Below are positions 36,943 to 59,800 of a DNA stretch of 64,000 bases, in pieces; the first letter of the stretch is position 1; every line of letters starts with the position of its first letter. A program made the translations under genes and the position numbers. Below the pieces are notes generated by a model. It worked only from the letters and a program-made list of their open reading frames with translations. It was not told where the DNA came from and ran no database searches. Location: contig MU057887.1 in assembly GCA_013265495.1 (NCBI GenBank), positions 3,807,668 through 3,871,667 of the forward strand. The letters are read 5' to 3'. The stretch comes from Vicugna vicugna (lineage: Eukaryota).

Positions 36943-38531
36943 GGAGGGGCTGCTCTCAGATCTGGGTAGAGAACCAGAGGGGCCCCAGGGGTGTGTCCAC
37001 CGTCCGGCCAAGGGAGCCAGCACCGCTTCCAGGTGAGCAGCCTGCAGCGTGGGGGCTGCAGAGACAGCTGGCATGCCGCTGTGGCAGAAACAAGACACTA
37101 CTGTTCGAGGCTGGCAGGGCAAGGGCCGGGCCGGGCACTTGCCTCCCAGAGGCCATCCTCAGCCCACTCACACCTGGTAGGGACATGTTCTCTGAGGTTG
37201 TCTACAGTCAGGAAGAGCGAGGGGAAACTCAAACGTCCACCTCTAAGGGAACAAACAAAGACGCCCAGGACACAAGTTAGGTACAAAATTATATGCATTG
37301 AATTGTGGGCCACTGGCCTGAGGCCTGGGGAGTTACTTTGATATGCACCCTATTTCTGAGAATTGGAATTTATTACAATGCAAGTTCGTATTATAGTGAC
37401 AAGCAGAAAAACAAAAAGGTTTCATTTTTTCAAATACACAAAGTGCTTAGGGGAGAGTGGACACCTCTCTCCTTCTAGACAGGAGTGGAGGCCTGCATGA
37501 TGTGCCCAGGCACTGCCAGCACAGATGAAGGTGATGTGCCGCCCCTGCCCCCAAGTTTCCTGTGACGTGTATGACAGTGGTTGGACAGTGATTCAGTCGC
37601 GGACAGGGAGAGGCTGCTGGATTTTGAGAGGTGCTGGCAGGAGTACAAATAGCTTCAGAGACTTGGGAGGGAGGAGGGCTGTACTGCCTGAGGGGAACAG
37701 AGAATGAGCGGCCAGGTATCCCAGGCCTTGTCCTAGGGGCCAGAGCTTGAGCCCCACCAAGAACACAGGGCAGGGGTGGCAGGAGGCGGCAAGGGACTGC
37801 CAGCAGGTGCAGACCTGAGCCTGGGTGCCTCTCTCCTGCAGGTGACCACTGGTTAGGGCTGGCGCACATCTCGGGCCTGACCACCCAGCCTGGCCTGCAC
37901 ACCAAGCTGATGGTGGACCTGCGGGACACGGACAACACTGTGGGCCCATTATGACAAATTCTGCGTGGACACGGGAGACCAGTTGTACCGGCTCAGTCTC
38001 AGCCTTTGCTTGGCACCGCAGGTGAGTGCCTGGGGGCTCTCGGGCAACCTCCCCGTCCCGCCCCCAGGCACCCTGCTTTGCTGACGTGTTTTCCAGGCAA
38101 GGGGCTAGAGGGAAGGAGGGGACCCAGAGACTCCAACTTCCCAGCCCACACCTGCCAGCCTTCATTCTCTGGGCAAGGATATTGCACCTCCCTTGGAGGT
38201 CCCTCATGGCTGGGAAACATCATGGGGGCGCAGCGCCAGAGGAGTCTCCGCCCATGCTGCCCCACGCGCAGGGGACGCGGTCCCGGATTTGGGCCGCAGC
38301 GACAAGCAGGAGGGCCGCGGCTTCAGCACGCTGGACCGCGACCTCAACAGCGGCGCCCCTGCGTGGACGGCGCGCACACCTTCGCCAGCTGTAGCCGCGA
38401 TCGCTCGGGCGCTGGCGGGTGGTACAGCGACCTCGGCCAGGCCAACCTCAACGCGCAGGGGCCGACTCAAGCGTGCGCTTTGCCCCAGCCGACCACCCAC
38501 CGGCCCTGCGCTCTGCGCCGGCCTCATTAAA
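36943..38531 (+). pseudogene. Unprocessed pseudogene of a fibrinogen-related domain (FReD; FGL1/angiopoietin-like/ficolin superfamily) protein
   Basis: Exon A 36943-37032 (RGCSQIWVENQRGPRGVSTVRPREPAPLP); exon B 37556-37669 (VSCDVYDSGWTVIQSR/LLDFERCWQEYK/SFRDLG); exon C 37842-38021 (GDHWLGLAHISGLTTQ...LMVDLRDTDNT/WAHYDKFCVDTGDQLYRLSL/GTA); exon D from 38272 (GDAV...GFSTLDRD/PCVDG..SC..GAGGWYSDLGQANLN). All introns phase 1. Five frameshifts, TGA at 37952-37954, exon B donor lost, ATTAAA at 38526. Confidence 0.92.
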
Positions 38532-39089
38532 TGTTAAGCCCGGCTGCCTGGGGGTCGTCTTTGCGGGGAGGGGCCAGGAAACGGCGGAGCTCAGCTGCAG
38601 AGGCACCTGCCCAAGTGGGATGGGCCAAGGGAAGTCTGGGAGGCCGGGTAGCTCAGCAGCTAGGCCACAGGCAAGGCTGCCAGGGCTGGGAGGGTCATCC
38701 CCGCAGTGCTGACCTGCTGGAACCCTTGAAGCCCACCAGGCGTCCCCTCTGGCTGTGAGCTCATTGAGGGCCCTCAAAAACCTAGTCCCACCAGATTCAA
38801 AGTGTGGGTAGGACAGCAGAGTCAGGGGGCAAGGTCAGGAGGGCCTGGGCCTGAGGAAGAGGGAGGGGTGACACCAGGCTCAGGCCTGGTCTCCTAGGCA
38901 GTGAGGAAGGAGGCTGGGAACAGGGTACTCCGCCAGCAGGCCAGGTGGGGAAGACACCGGGTGGGCCCAGGTGGAAGGGAATCCATCAGGCTGCAGGGGG
39001 CATTCCGGAGTGCTGAGTACCTACCAGGACCTCACCACGTTGTCCCCGTTGTCTGTGTCACCCTAACCCCACACAGAAGGTAGTCATCA

Positions 39090-39514
39090 TTTTTTATTTT
39101 GGGGTTTGTTTTTTTTTTTGACTGATAGGACCTCCAGGTGGTCCTCAAAAACCTTTATTGGATGGTTCTTTCCAGAGAGGGAGATGCAAGCCAACGGACG
39201 GGGCTGAGGGCAGGCATGGCTTCCAGGTCCCGACACCAGGGGGGACAAACGGTGGGCAGGACGCTGTCTGCTGTGTCCATGTCACTTCTCCAGGGGCACG
39301 CATTGAGCAGCTTCTCGATCAGGCCCACGTGGGCCAGCAGCATGTGGCAGCAGCAGTAGCGCTTCAGGCCCAGCGCTTCCAGGGCATTCCCCTCGGTGTG
39401 CTCGGCCTGCAGCAGCCCCAGGTAGGCCTCCCACTTGTTGCCACAATCTTGCTACACGTGAAACAGCACACAGGGATGATCAAGGCGGCAGCTGAGCAAT
39501 CAGCTGACCAGCTT
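39090..39514 (-). pseudogene. POLR2L: Processed pseudogene of RNA polymerase subunit RPB10 (POLR2L)
   Basis: Reverse strand reads (TTG)[63 protein letters not shown]. No intron, ATG mutated to TTG (39483-39481), two 1-nt deletions, AATAAA at 39159-39154, decayed poly(A) at about 39090-39119. Confidence 0.95.
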
Positions 39515-40822
39515 GGTAGAGTCATTGTTTATCTCAGCAACGAGGACCCCAAGCTGGAGGCGGCTGAGGGGTTCCCCGAGGTCACACGGCGACAGGGGCA
39601 GAGATGGTTCTCATGAGGTCTGGGAAGCCTCGTTGTGGCCCCAGGAGAAAGTTCAGAGGCGGCCCCTTGAAGGTAGGTGTGGAATCGGGGCTCCTGGAAG
39701 AAAGAGCAGCCCCAGCCAGGAGGGAGCTGGAGAGTTTGTCAAGGGTCTCGGGTTTCAGTCTGAGCCCACATGGGCAGGGGATTGGGAGCCCCTCCAAGAA
39801 CCACTCTTTCCATGCAGGCATCAGCGGGGTCACCTAGTGGGGAGGAGTCTCCACAAGGCTCCTCTGAACTGAATTCGAATCATTTTGCAACACTGACTTG
39901 CCCCACCTCCTCACCTGGGGGGGGCCCTTCAAGGCCAAGCTTGACCATCCCCACCCTGCGCCCACCTCAGCCTCCTGCACATCTCCAAGGAGTTTCTCTG
40001 GGCCAGGAGCTGCTCTGGGGGAACTGGTGCCCAGATCATCAGAGCTCCTGCTCTCGCAAAGTGAGGGTGAGAAAAGACATACAAGAAACAGGAAAATAAG
40101 GGAATGAGCTCATTTCAGAGAGAAGTGCAAGGAAAAACACAGGGTGACAGGAGGCACGGCGGGCAAGGCAGGCAGCAGGGCGGTACGGGATCTAGCATGC
40201 CTGTGCGGAATCGCGCTCCAGGCGGGGATAGCGCAGGCGCAAAGGCCCCGCACTAGGGAGGCGCCCGGCCGGGGGCTGGCAGGCTCCAGGCTTTGGCCTC
40301 CTCCTCGGGCTCTGCCTGGCCCACAGCTGTTCCCATGAATTCTCCCAGATCCAGACAAATGTTGTCCTCTTTCCCTCCTGTCCTGTGCGCGGCTAGCAAA
40401 AACACAATCCAGGTCCAGACCCTCAGCACAGCGTAGCGGTGGGGCTGCCCTTGGCTTCCCCCCCGGAGTTGGGGGCACCCTGGAGGTCCACTGGGGACGT
40501 CATTCGGCACAGTCACCGGCTTGGAGCGCTCAGCCTGGTCTGGCAGGTGCCTCCCAGGGCGGACTTCCAGGGACCTGACGGCTGCGGCGCAGGGCAGTCA
40601 TTCCGGACTGCCCTGTCTCAACTGCCCACTCCAGCCCTCAGCCGCAGCTCCGCGGAACCGGCCCTCGCAGTCCCCCGAGGCGGGACCTGGCGCAGAAGCG
40701 GACAGACGGTGCGACCAATCAGAGCTAGGCTTCCGGGGCGCGGCCCTCGACAACTGGGCGGCGGGGAGCAGGGCGGGGCTTCCTGTCGGGGCAAAGAGGC
40801 TTCCGCCGCAGCGGCGCCTCGG

Positions 40823-53419
<12,597 letters not shown>

Positions 53420-53498
53420 CTGCCGAGGGCCCCAAGGCCCCAGGTCCTGCTGAGTCTGCGAGGGAGCGCCCAGCCCACAGACAGATGCCCATCTCTCC

Positions 53499-53545
53499 AT
53501 GACGGCAGAGATGTCCAGTCAGGACCTGACCCGTCTCTGTCCGAC
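53499..53545 (+). promoter_or_regulatory. SECIS element (form II, CC apical motif) of SELENOO
   Basis: ATGAC 53499-53503 / CGAC 53542-53545 non-Watson-Crick core; 10-bp helix II GGCAGAGATG (53504-53513) with CGTCTCTGTC (53532-53541); unpaired CC 53515-53516; minihelix GTCAG/CTGAC. CC instead of AA is the known SelO/SelM variant. Confidence 0.95.
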
Positions 53546-53555
53546 GCGGACTCAG

Positions 53556-53590
53556 CAGCCCAGCCCAGCCCAGCCCAACCCAGGCCAGCC
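53556..53590 (+). repeat. (CAGCC)n pentamer repeat in SELENOO 3' UTR
   Basis: cagcccagcccagcccagcccaacccaggccagccc directly 3' of the SECIS. Confidence 0.7.
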
Positions 53591-53708
53591 CTGCCCTGCC
53601 GCTCCTGTGACCTGTCGCTTTGCCCGAGGACAGCTCAGCAGAGGGGACCAGCCGGGTTGGCACACGACCCCCCACCCATCCAGCCTAGGCGGGGAGGCAT
53701 GGTCCCCA

Positions 53709-53714
53709 AATAAA
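53709..53714 (+). terminator. SELENOO polyadenylation signal AATAAA
   Basis: AATAAA 3' of the SECIS, followed by GTGTGG. Confidence 0.85.
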
Positions 53715-53806
53715 CCAGCAGCTTCCTCAGTCCCGTGTGGTCATCGTGCCCCGGCCAGGCCCAGGCCCTCCCCGAAGAGAGAGGCGCGGGGTCAGGGCGC
53801 AGCACC

Positions 53807-53812
53807 TTTATT
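53807..53812 (-). terminator. TUBGCP6 polyadenylation signal AATAAA
   Basis: TTTATT on + strand, 5 nt after the TUBGCP6 stop. Confidence 0.85.
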
Positions 53813-53817
53813 CAGCC

Positions 53818-56800
53818 TCAGGCGTCCTGGTAGTAATTGTTGAAGTTGATGCGCAACAGGAAGTCCTCCAGGTGGGGCTGGTAGCCACGGTTCACCAGCT
53901 TGCTCACCACTGGGGGGAGGGCAGTCAGTGAGCAGCGCAGCCGGGCCCCTGGGCGTCCCCAGCCCGCCCAGCCCCGGGAACGGGCACCTTTGAAGAGGAA
54001 GTGGGAGTAGTACTTGAAGGTGCTGTAGGACTGCTGCATGAGGGCGAAGTTAGGGTGCTCGGCTCCCCGGGGGCCACTGGCTGGGCCCCAGGGCTGGGAG
54101 ATGAGCTGACTGCGGAACTTCAGGACCAGGCTGAAGATGCTGTGGATGACGTTCATGACGGGTGCCGCCTTCTCTGTCAGCAGGCCCCTGGGGAGTGAGG
54201 TGGGTGCTGCGGCAGACACGCTGGGCCCCGGGATGCAGCACCGGCACCCATGCCTCGCCCTCACCTCACCTGAAGACAGCTTTGTGCAGGTACTCGGCGT
54301 GGGCGCGCTGGATCTCCTCCAGGTCACCCACCGAGGCCAGCCTTGCCCGGAACTCACGCCAGGTGACGTGCAAGATCTGGTTGGCAATGTAGCCCTGGGT
54401 GACCTTCACGAAGTGCTGCATCTCGTGCTTGAACAGCTGCAGCTGCCGGAACTGCACTGAGCCGGCTGCCTGGCTCACCCGGGCTGCGCAGAGGTCGGGG
54501 GTGAGCCGAGGCCGCGCGCTCAGGGGCCGCTCGGGCTCCCGCCATGCTCACCTGTGCGCTTGAGGTGGCAGCAGATGTCCTTGAGGGTCCACATCATAAG
54601 CTTCAGCTGCAGCAGGAAGGAGAAGATTCCGCTGTACCGGCTCAGGCAGCTCTCGGTGACCACGATGTTGAGGGGCCAGTCGACCTATCAGGGAGGCTGG
54701 CTCAGCTCGCCCTTGTCCAGGACAGCCCCCTGCACCCACTAGGGGGTCCTGCTCACCTTGTACCTGAGCTCCAGGCAGCTCAGCACGTCCGGGGCATTGG
54801 GGGCAAAGGCCTCAGGCAGGAACTTGAGGGCAAAGGAGAGGTTGGCGGCGTGCGGGGTGTGGCCGTGCAGGCTGTACTGCAGGGCCTTGCTCAGCACTGC
54901 GTTGAGCGCCAGTGGGCTGAGAAGCTCCCCGGGCGTCTGCCCCGCCCCGAGCTGCCAAGACAGAGAGCACCAACGTCCCAAGGTGTCTGGACCCCGCCTG
55001 CAGCCCCGGCCCCTGCTGGCTCCCCACCTAGCTACCTTCTCAAAGAGCAGGTCGCTGAGGGATTGGGCAAACTCCCCGTCCTCCATCAGAAGGAAGTGCC
55101 GCAGTGCCTCGAAGTGTGCCCCCAGGCGCAGCTCCACGAAGAAGTAGTCAACGGCTGCTCTGTTGACCAGGGAGACGCTGGCGGGCGGGAGGGGCCCGGA
55201 GTCAGGGCCCGACAGCCAGTCTGGGCCTGGCGGGGGCGGGGGCGGGGGCGGGCAGGCAGGCAGCCAGGCACTCACTGGGCGGCCAGAGGGGCAGTGATGG
55301 AGTGCTTCATGAGCACGGGCAGGGGCAGCAGCTCACTCAGCTGCACCGCGGTCTCGTCCGCGTCCGACTGGACCCGGGCTTCCTCAGGGAGGGTAAAGGC
55401 TCTCGGAAGCCCGTGGTGCAGGAGGCGGGCGATGGGAGGCTCTGCTGCAGGGGTGACACAGACCGCTGTCACATGCCAGGGATAGGCCTGCCAGGCTCCC
55501 ACCCGCCATGGCCAGCCCACTCACACATGGCCTCAAAGCTGTCCGGGTACCGCTCCAGGCAGTACTGCCCCGCCAGGCCTGCCAAGTAGGCCTGCTCCTG
55601 GCCCCAGCGCTGGACTGCCTCCTCGCCAAGGTCTGGGCTGCTCTGGGCAGCCATGCCTTCCTAAAATGACCCGGCCTCAAGGAATCAGCCCCTTCCCCTC
55701 ATGTGAAGAGGAAGGGGATCTCACCGCCCCCCAGGTGTTGTGGGTCTCAGGACAGAGCCCTCATTGCCCACAAAAGGCTGGGGTAGGGGGAACCAGCAGA
55801 ACATGCTCCCCCAAGCTCTGACCACGTCCACCCTGACCTGGGAGCCTGGAGGGCAACTTGGAGAGAGGTCTTCAGTGTCCCTGCTCCTCCCTGGGCCTGA
55901 GTGGAGCAAGCAGGGCAGGAGGGGGCATCAGGGCCAAGTGCCCTGGGGCCCCAGGGCAGCAGACTCCTCATCCCCCTCCCCCCTCACAGCCCCAGACACT
56001 CTCAGTAGCTGAACAGCTCTGGGGACCCCACAGACCTGGCTCCTCAGGCGTGCCATCTCCCAGGGCAGCGGGCGCAGCCCCCTCAGAGAACGAGGACTGG
56101 AGGCCACTCTCCTCCAGGCCAGAGCCGGAGCCAGCCATGTGCACGCAGGACCTGCCTGAGGCTGTTTCTGTGGGCGGCTGGGGCTCATGTTCCTGGGCAG
56201 GGCTCTGGGCCCCCAAGCTAAGATCTGACTGGGACCTATGATCAGGGGGCGTCCAGTGGGGCCTGGGCACATTAGACTCAGCTTCCCCTGGGAGCATCCC
56301 TAGTGTTACATGGGACTGAGACACGTGTCCGTGGACATTCCACCGTGGCCGGGAGGGGGCCACGTCCCACACATTCTCCCCGACCCGGATGCTGGCATCA
56401 GACACATGTCCGTGGACATTCCAACGTGGCCGGGAAGGGGCCACGTCCCATACGTTCTCCCCCACCCTGATGCTGGCATCAGACACGTGTCTGTGGACAT
56501 TCCACTGTGGCCGGGAGGGAGTCATTCCAGAGGCGTAACCCCCTATGGGAACACCACCCTCTGACACCTGCCCAAGGAGCTGCCTTGTGGCCTGGCTGCT
56601 CCCCTCCTGGGGGGAGGTGTGCCTGGGGACCTGCCCATCCGGGACACACATGTCCAGCTGCGTGTGAGTGTCCTCCCACAGCTGCTGCCCCTCACTGCCC
56701 AAGCCACCTCCTACTGTCTGGAGGAACCCTGGGGAAGCTGAGGCGGCCATAGCCGGCCTCAGGATGGTTCTGAAATCGTACTCCTGTGGCCCAGAGGGCC

Positions 56801-59800
56801 CTGAGCCCACCAGTGCAGATGGAGCCACCAGAGGCAGGTCTGAGCCAATGGTCTGCAGTGCGTCCTCCAGGACGGGGGCCGAGCAGGGGAACGCAAGCTG
56901 CTCAGCCCCCGGGGCCATGGGCAGGAAGTCCTGGATGCTGAGGCCCACAGAGAATGGCTCTGGCCCCTCTGCCTGCCCCAACGGCAGGCCCGCTCCAGGC
57001 TGTGAGCCGCAGGCCCCCACTGTTGGAGACTGGAGGGGCTTCGGTGTCAGCACACTCTGGCTATTGGAGCAATCCCAGGCAGCCTCGTGCTGCTCTGCAC
57101 GCCCAGAATCACTGCCGCTGCCTCTGGCTGGGTGCTGGGGGCCCAGGAAGGAGGCCTGAAACACAAGTGCACATTAACCCCTCCAGTCATCTGACTCTAA
57201 CCCCCAGTTCAGTTCTGCAACTGGCACCAAAACCCATGGCAGGATGGACACAGGCCAGGCTGGCACCCACCATGCTCCCAGGGCAGTGCTGGCCTGGGGC
57301 ACCCAGCTGAGATCCCCTCCCTGCCCCCAGCTGCGCACCCTGGATCCTGCCCCAGGACCTCACCTGGGAGTGGGCACCAGAGAGGGCAGCCAGCAGCTCC
57401 AAGGGCTTCCCCTCAGACACATCTTTCAGCATCTCCTGCGGTTCAACCAGCAGGATGTAAGGCAGCAGCTGAGCGGAGAGCAGTCACAGCCCCCGCCCAC
57501 AACTGCCAGCCTAGGACAGGTAAGGTTGTGTGGCACTGTGCTTGCGGGGCAGTCCCATCCGTGCTGTCCGAGGGCAGCACAGCCTCTTCCAGTCACCTCA
57601 CCTCCGAGCCACCAATGAGAGCATTACCCACCCTCCTAGGCAGGAACACAAGTAGCTCTGCATGCTGCTTCAGGAGATCATGAGACCCCGAGAGGCCATG
57701 GAAGAACCCCCATCTAAAACCACAAGATACCTGAATCTGTTTCTGATCATCCAAGAGAAAGCGAAGCCGAGCGCTGGCCAGTCTTCGCCTCTGGACCTTC
57801 CACAGTGCCCTCTGCTCCCGGCGAGCAGCCTCCGCAGACAGCTGGCTGTAATGGTCCACCAGCGCCTGCCTGCAGCCACAGAGGACTGGTCACCACGGTC
57901 AGCGCACTGTCCCACCAGTGCCCGTGGGCTGGATGGCTCTCCGTGGCACAGGACCCTAATGGGCAGTTTGATGGCGGGCAGCTGGCCCCCTGGGCCCCCA
58001 CCACACCTGCGGGGGCCTTGCTGGGCAGGCGCCCATGGTGGAGAAGGCATCGGCTGAGTGAACACCCAGATGTGTTCCCACACAACCGGAAGTGAAGGGA
58101 CTGGCAGGGCCAGGGCTGCCTGGGCCTCGGGGGTAAGGCCTCGTTCCCTGAGCTGCATGAGAGGCATCTTTCCGTTCTGCTGGTGCAAAGCCCACAGAAC
58201 CGAAGATCAACACAAAAAGGTAGACAGTGCACATCAACATTTCATCAGCTTAATTCAGAGCTGGTCTGGTGAGTTACATCCAGTGATTCTGACGTTCTCA
58301 CCAGCAGGAAACTTGTTTCAAACCTGGACTGGCTGTTTTTAATTCAGCTGCCACAGGCCAGGGGCATAGCCTAGACACCTAGTTTTCTGCACGCGTAAAC
58401 AGCCCAGTAACATCCCCCACATGCGCGCGTGCACACACACACACGCGCGCGCACACACGCACACCCCCGACAGCATGGATGCACACGCACAGGCACACAG
58501 GGCCTCTTCACTCGCTGAGCCCGTCACAGCTCCACAAAGTCCCATGGGTCAGAACAACTGGGACCCCGAGATGATAAGCAGGAAGTGACAGCCCCTCCCA
58601 CCAGGGTCCCCCTGGAGACACCAGCTCTGCCACCTCTTTGGGGCAGGACAAGCTGAAGACACAGCAGGAGAGACTCCAGGTCGCTGTGCTGGGTGAATTC
58701 CCGTCTCTCAGGCTAACAGGTTCAGGAATAAACAAATAACTTAAAAGAGACCAAGAGACAGAGAAGGGACAGGAGCAGAGCGTGCAGACCGAGCCCAGAT
58801 CCCAGGCCACACTAACTGGCCGCGAGGAGACATCCTGGCACAGCCGAGGACACTTGGATGTGGCAAGCCTGGTGGTTCTGAGCTGAGAACTCCTCCCACT
58901 GGAACGTACACGTGAAAGGTTTCAAGATAAAAGTAAACGACCATCACAAAGATCCAACAGCTGTGATGCCCACGGCACCCGCCGCTCACCTCGCCTTCCT
59001 CTCCAGCTGCTCCTCCAGGGCTTTCAGCCTCTTCTCCCGGTCCCGGAGCTCGCGAGCGTAGCTGAAGTCATCATCCAGCTCCTCCTGCCTGGCCACCCGG
59101 CGTCGCTGCACAACACCCCCACCGGCAGCCTGGCTGCTGAAGCCGACTCCCCGGCCTGCTCCCCGGCCTCCCCCAGGCCAACCCCACCCACCTCCTGGTC
59201 CTTCTCGAACTGCTCCTTCAGCCTCTGAAACTGCTCTCGCTTCCGGGCATCCAAGGCCATCCGCACAGACATCTGCCGATCTGCAGTGACAGTGGGGTTG
59301 CTGCTGTGAGAGGCCCAGCAGGCAGCCCCCAGACACAGGGCCGGGGGTTGGAGGGACACGAGCCACACGCACCACTGAGCTCACTCAGGACCCTGGACGC
59401 CGCTTCCCGGGCATGGATGATTAATTCTTGTTTTGCAATTTCCATTCGTAATTCCTGAAAAAGACCACCAGTGATCAATGCATTTAATCCTCTGTCCCCT
59501 TCCCTGGAATGACCTGGGAAATGGGGCTGCTCAGACCCCGGGTAGGCTCTCCAGGGACAGTGCCCAGGCTCTGGAGGTGAGGCACCTGTCCTGCAGAGTG
59601 ACAAGGTTGGCTCCCAGGGCAGCAGACACTCTCACAGAGCGACCTGGAGCCACGACCCCAGGCCTGTGTGTGCCCATCCCTGCAGGGATGGAGGGTCAGG
59701 CCCAGGCTACCCAAACAGGCCAGCCCCTCTCCACCTCCAGCCCCCGCCTCTCCACCCCTCCCACTCCCTTCTGTGGGGTCTGCTGCCCACCTGGTGCCAG

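Noticed and set aside
40439-40822. In-frame open extension upstream of the SELENOO ATG
   Set aside because: Starts at a non-ATG codon and runs through promoter motifs in stop-poor CpG-island DNA; no evidence it is translated.
56319-56520. Regularly spaced repeats suggestive of a CRISPR array
   Set aside because: Eukaryotic coding tandem repeat; the whole unit repeats and there are no unique spacers.
55838-57155. Apparent frameshift/premature stop in the large TUBGCP6 exon (ORF ends at 55968)
   Set aside because: Explained by an intron at 55897-56035 (CCA G|gtctgt ... actcag|GC CCA) and a separate 59-nt exon 55838-55896; phases match.
57722-57730. TUBGCP6 donor GTATCTTGT resembling a U12-type 5' splice site
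   Set aside because: Deviates from RTATCCTTT at key positions and no U12 branch point was seen; fits an ordinary U2 donor.
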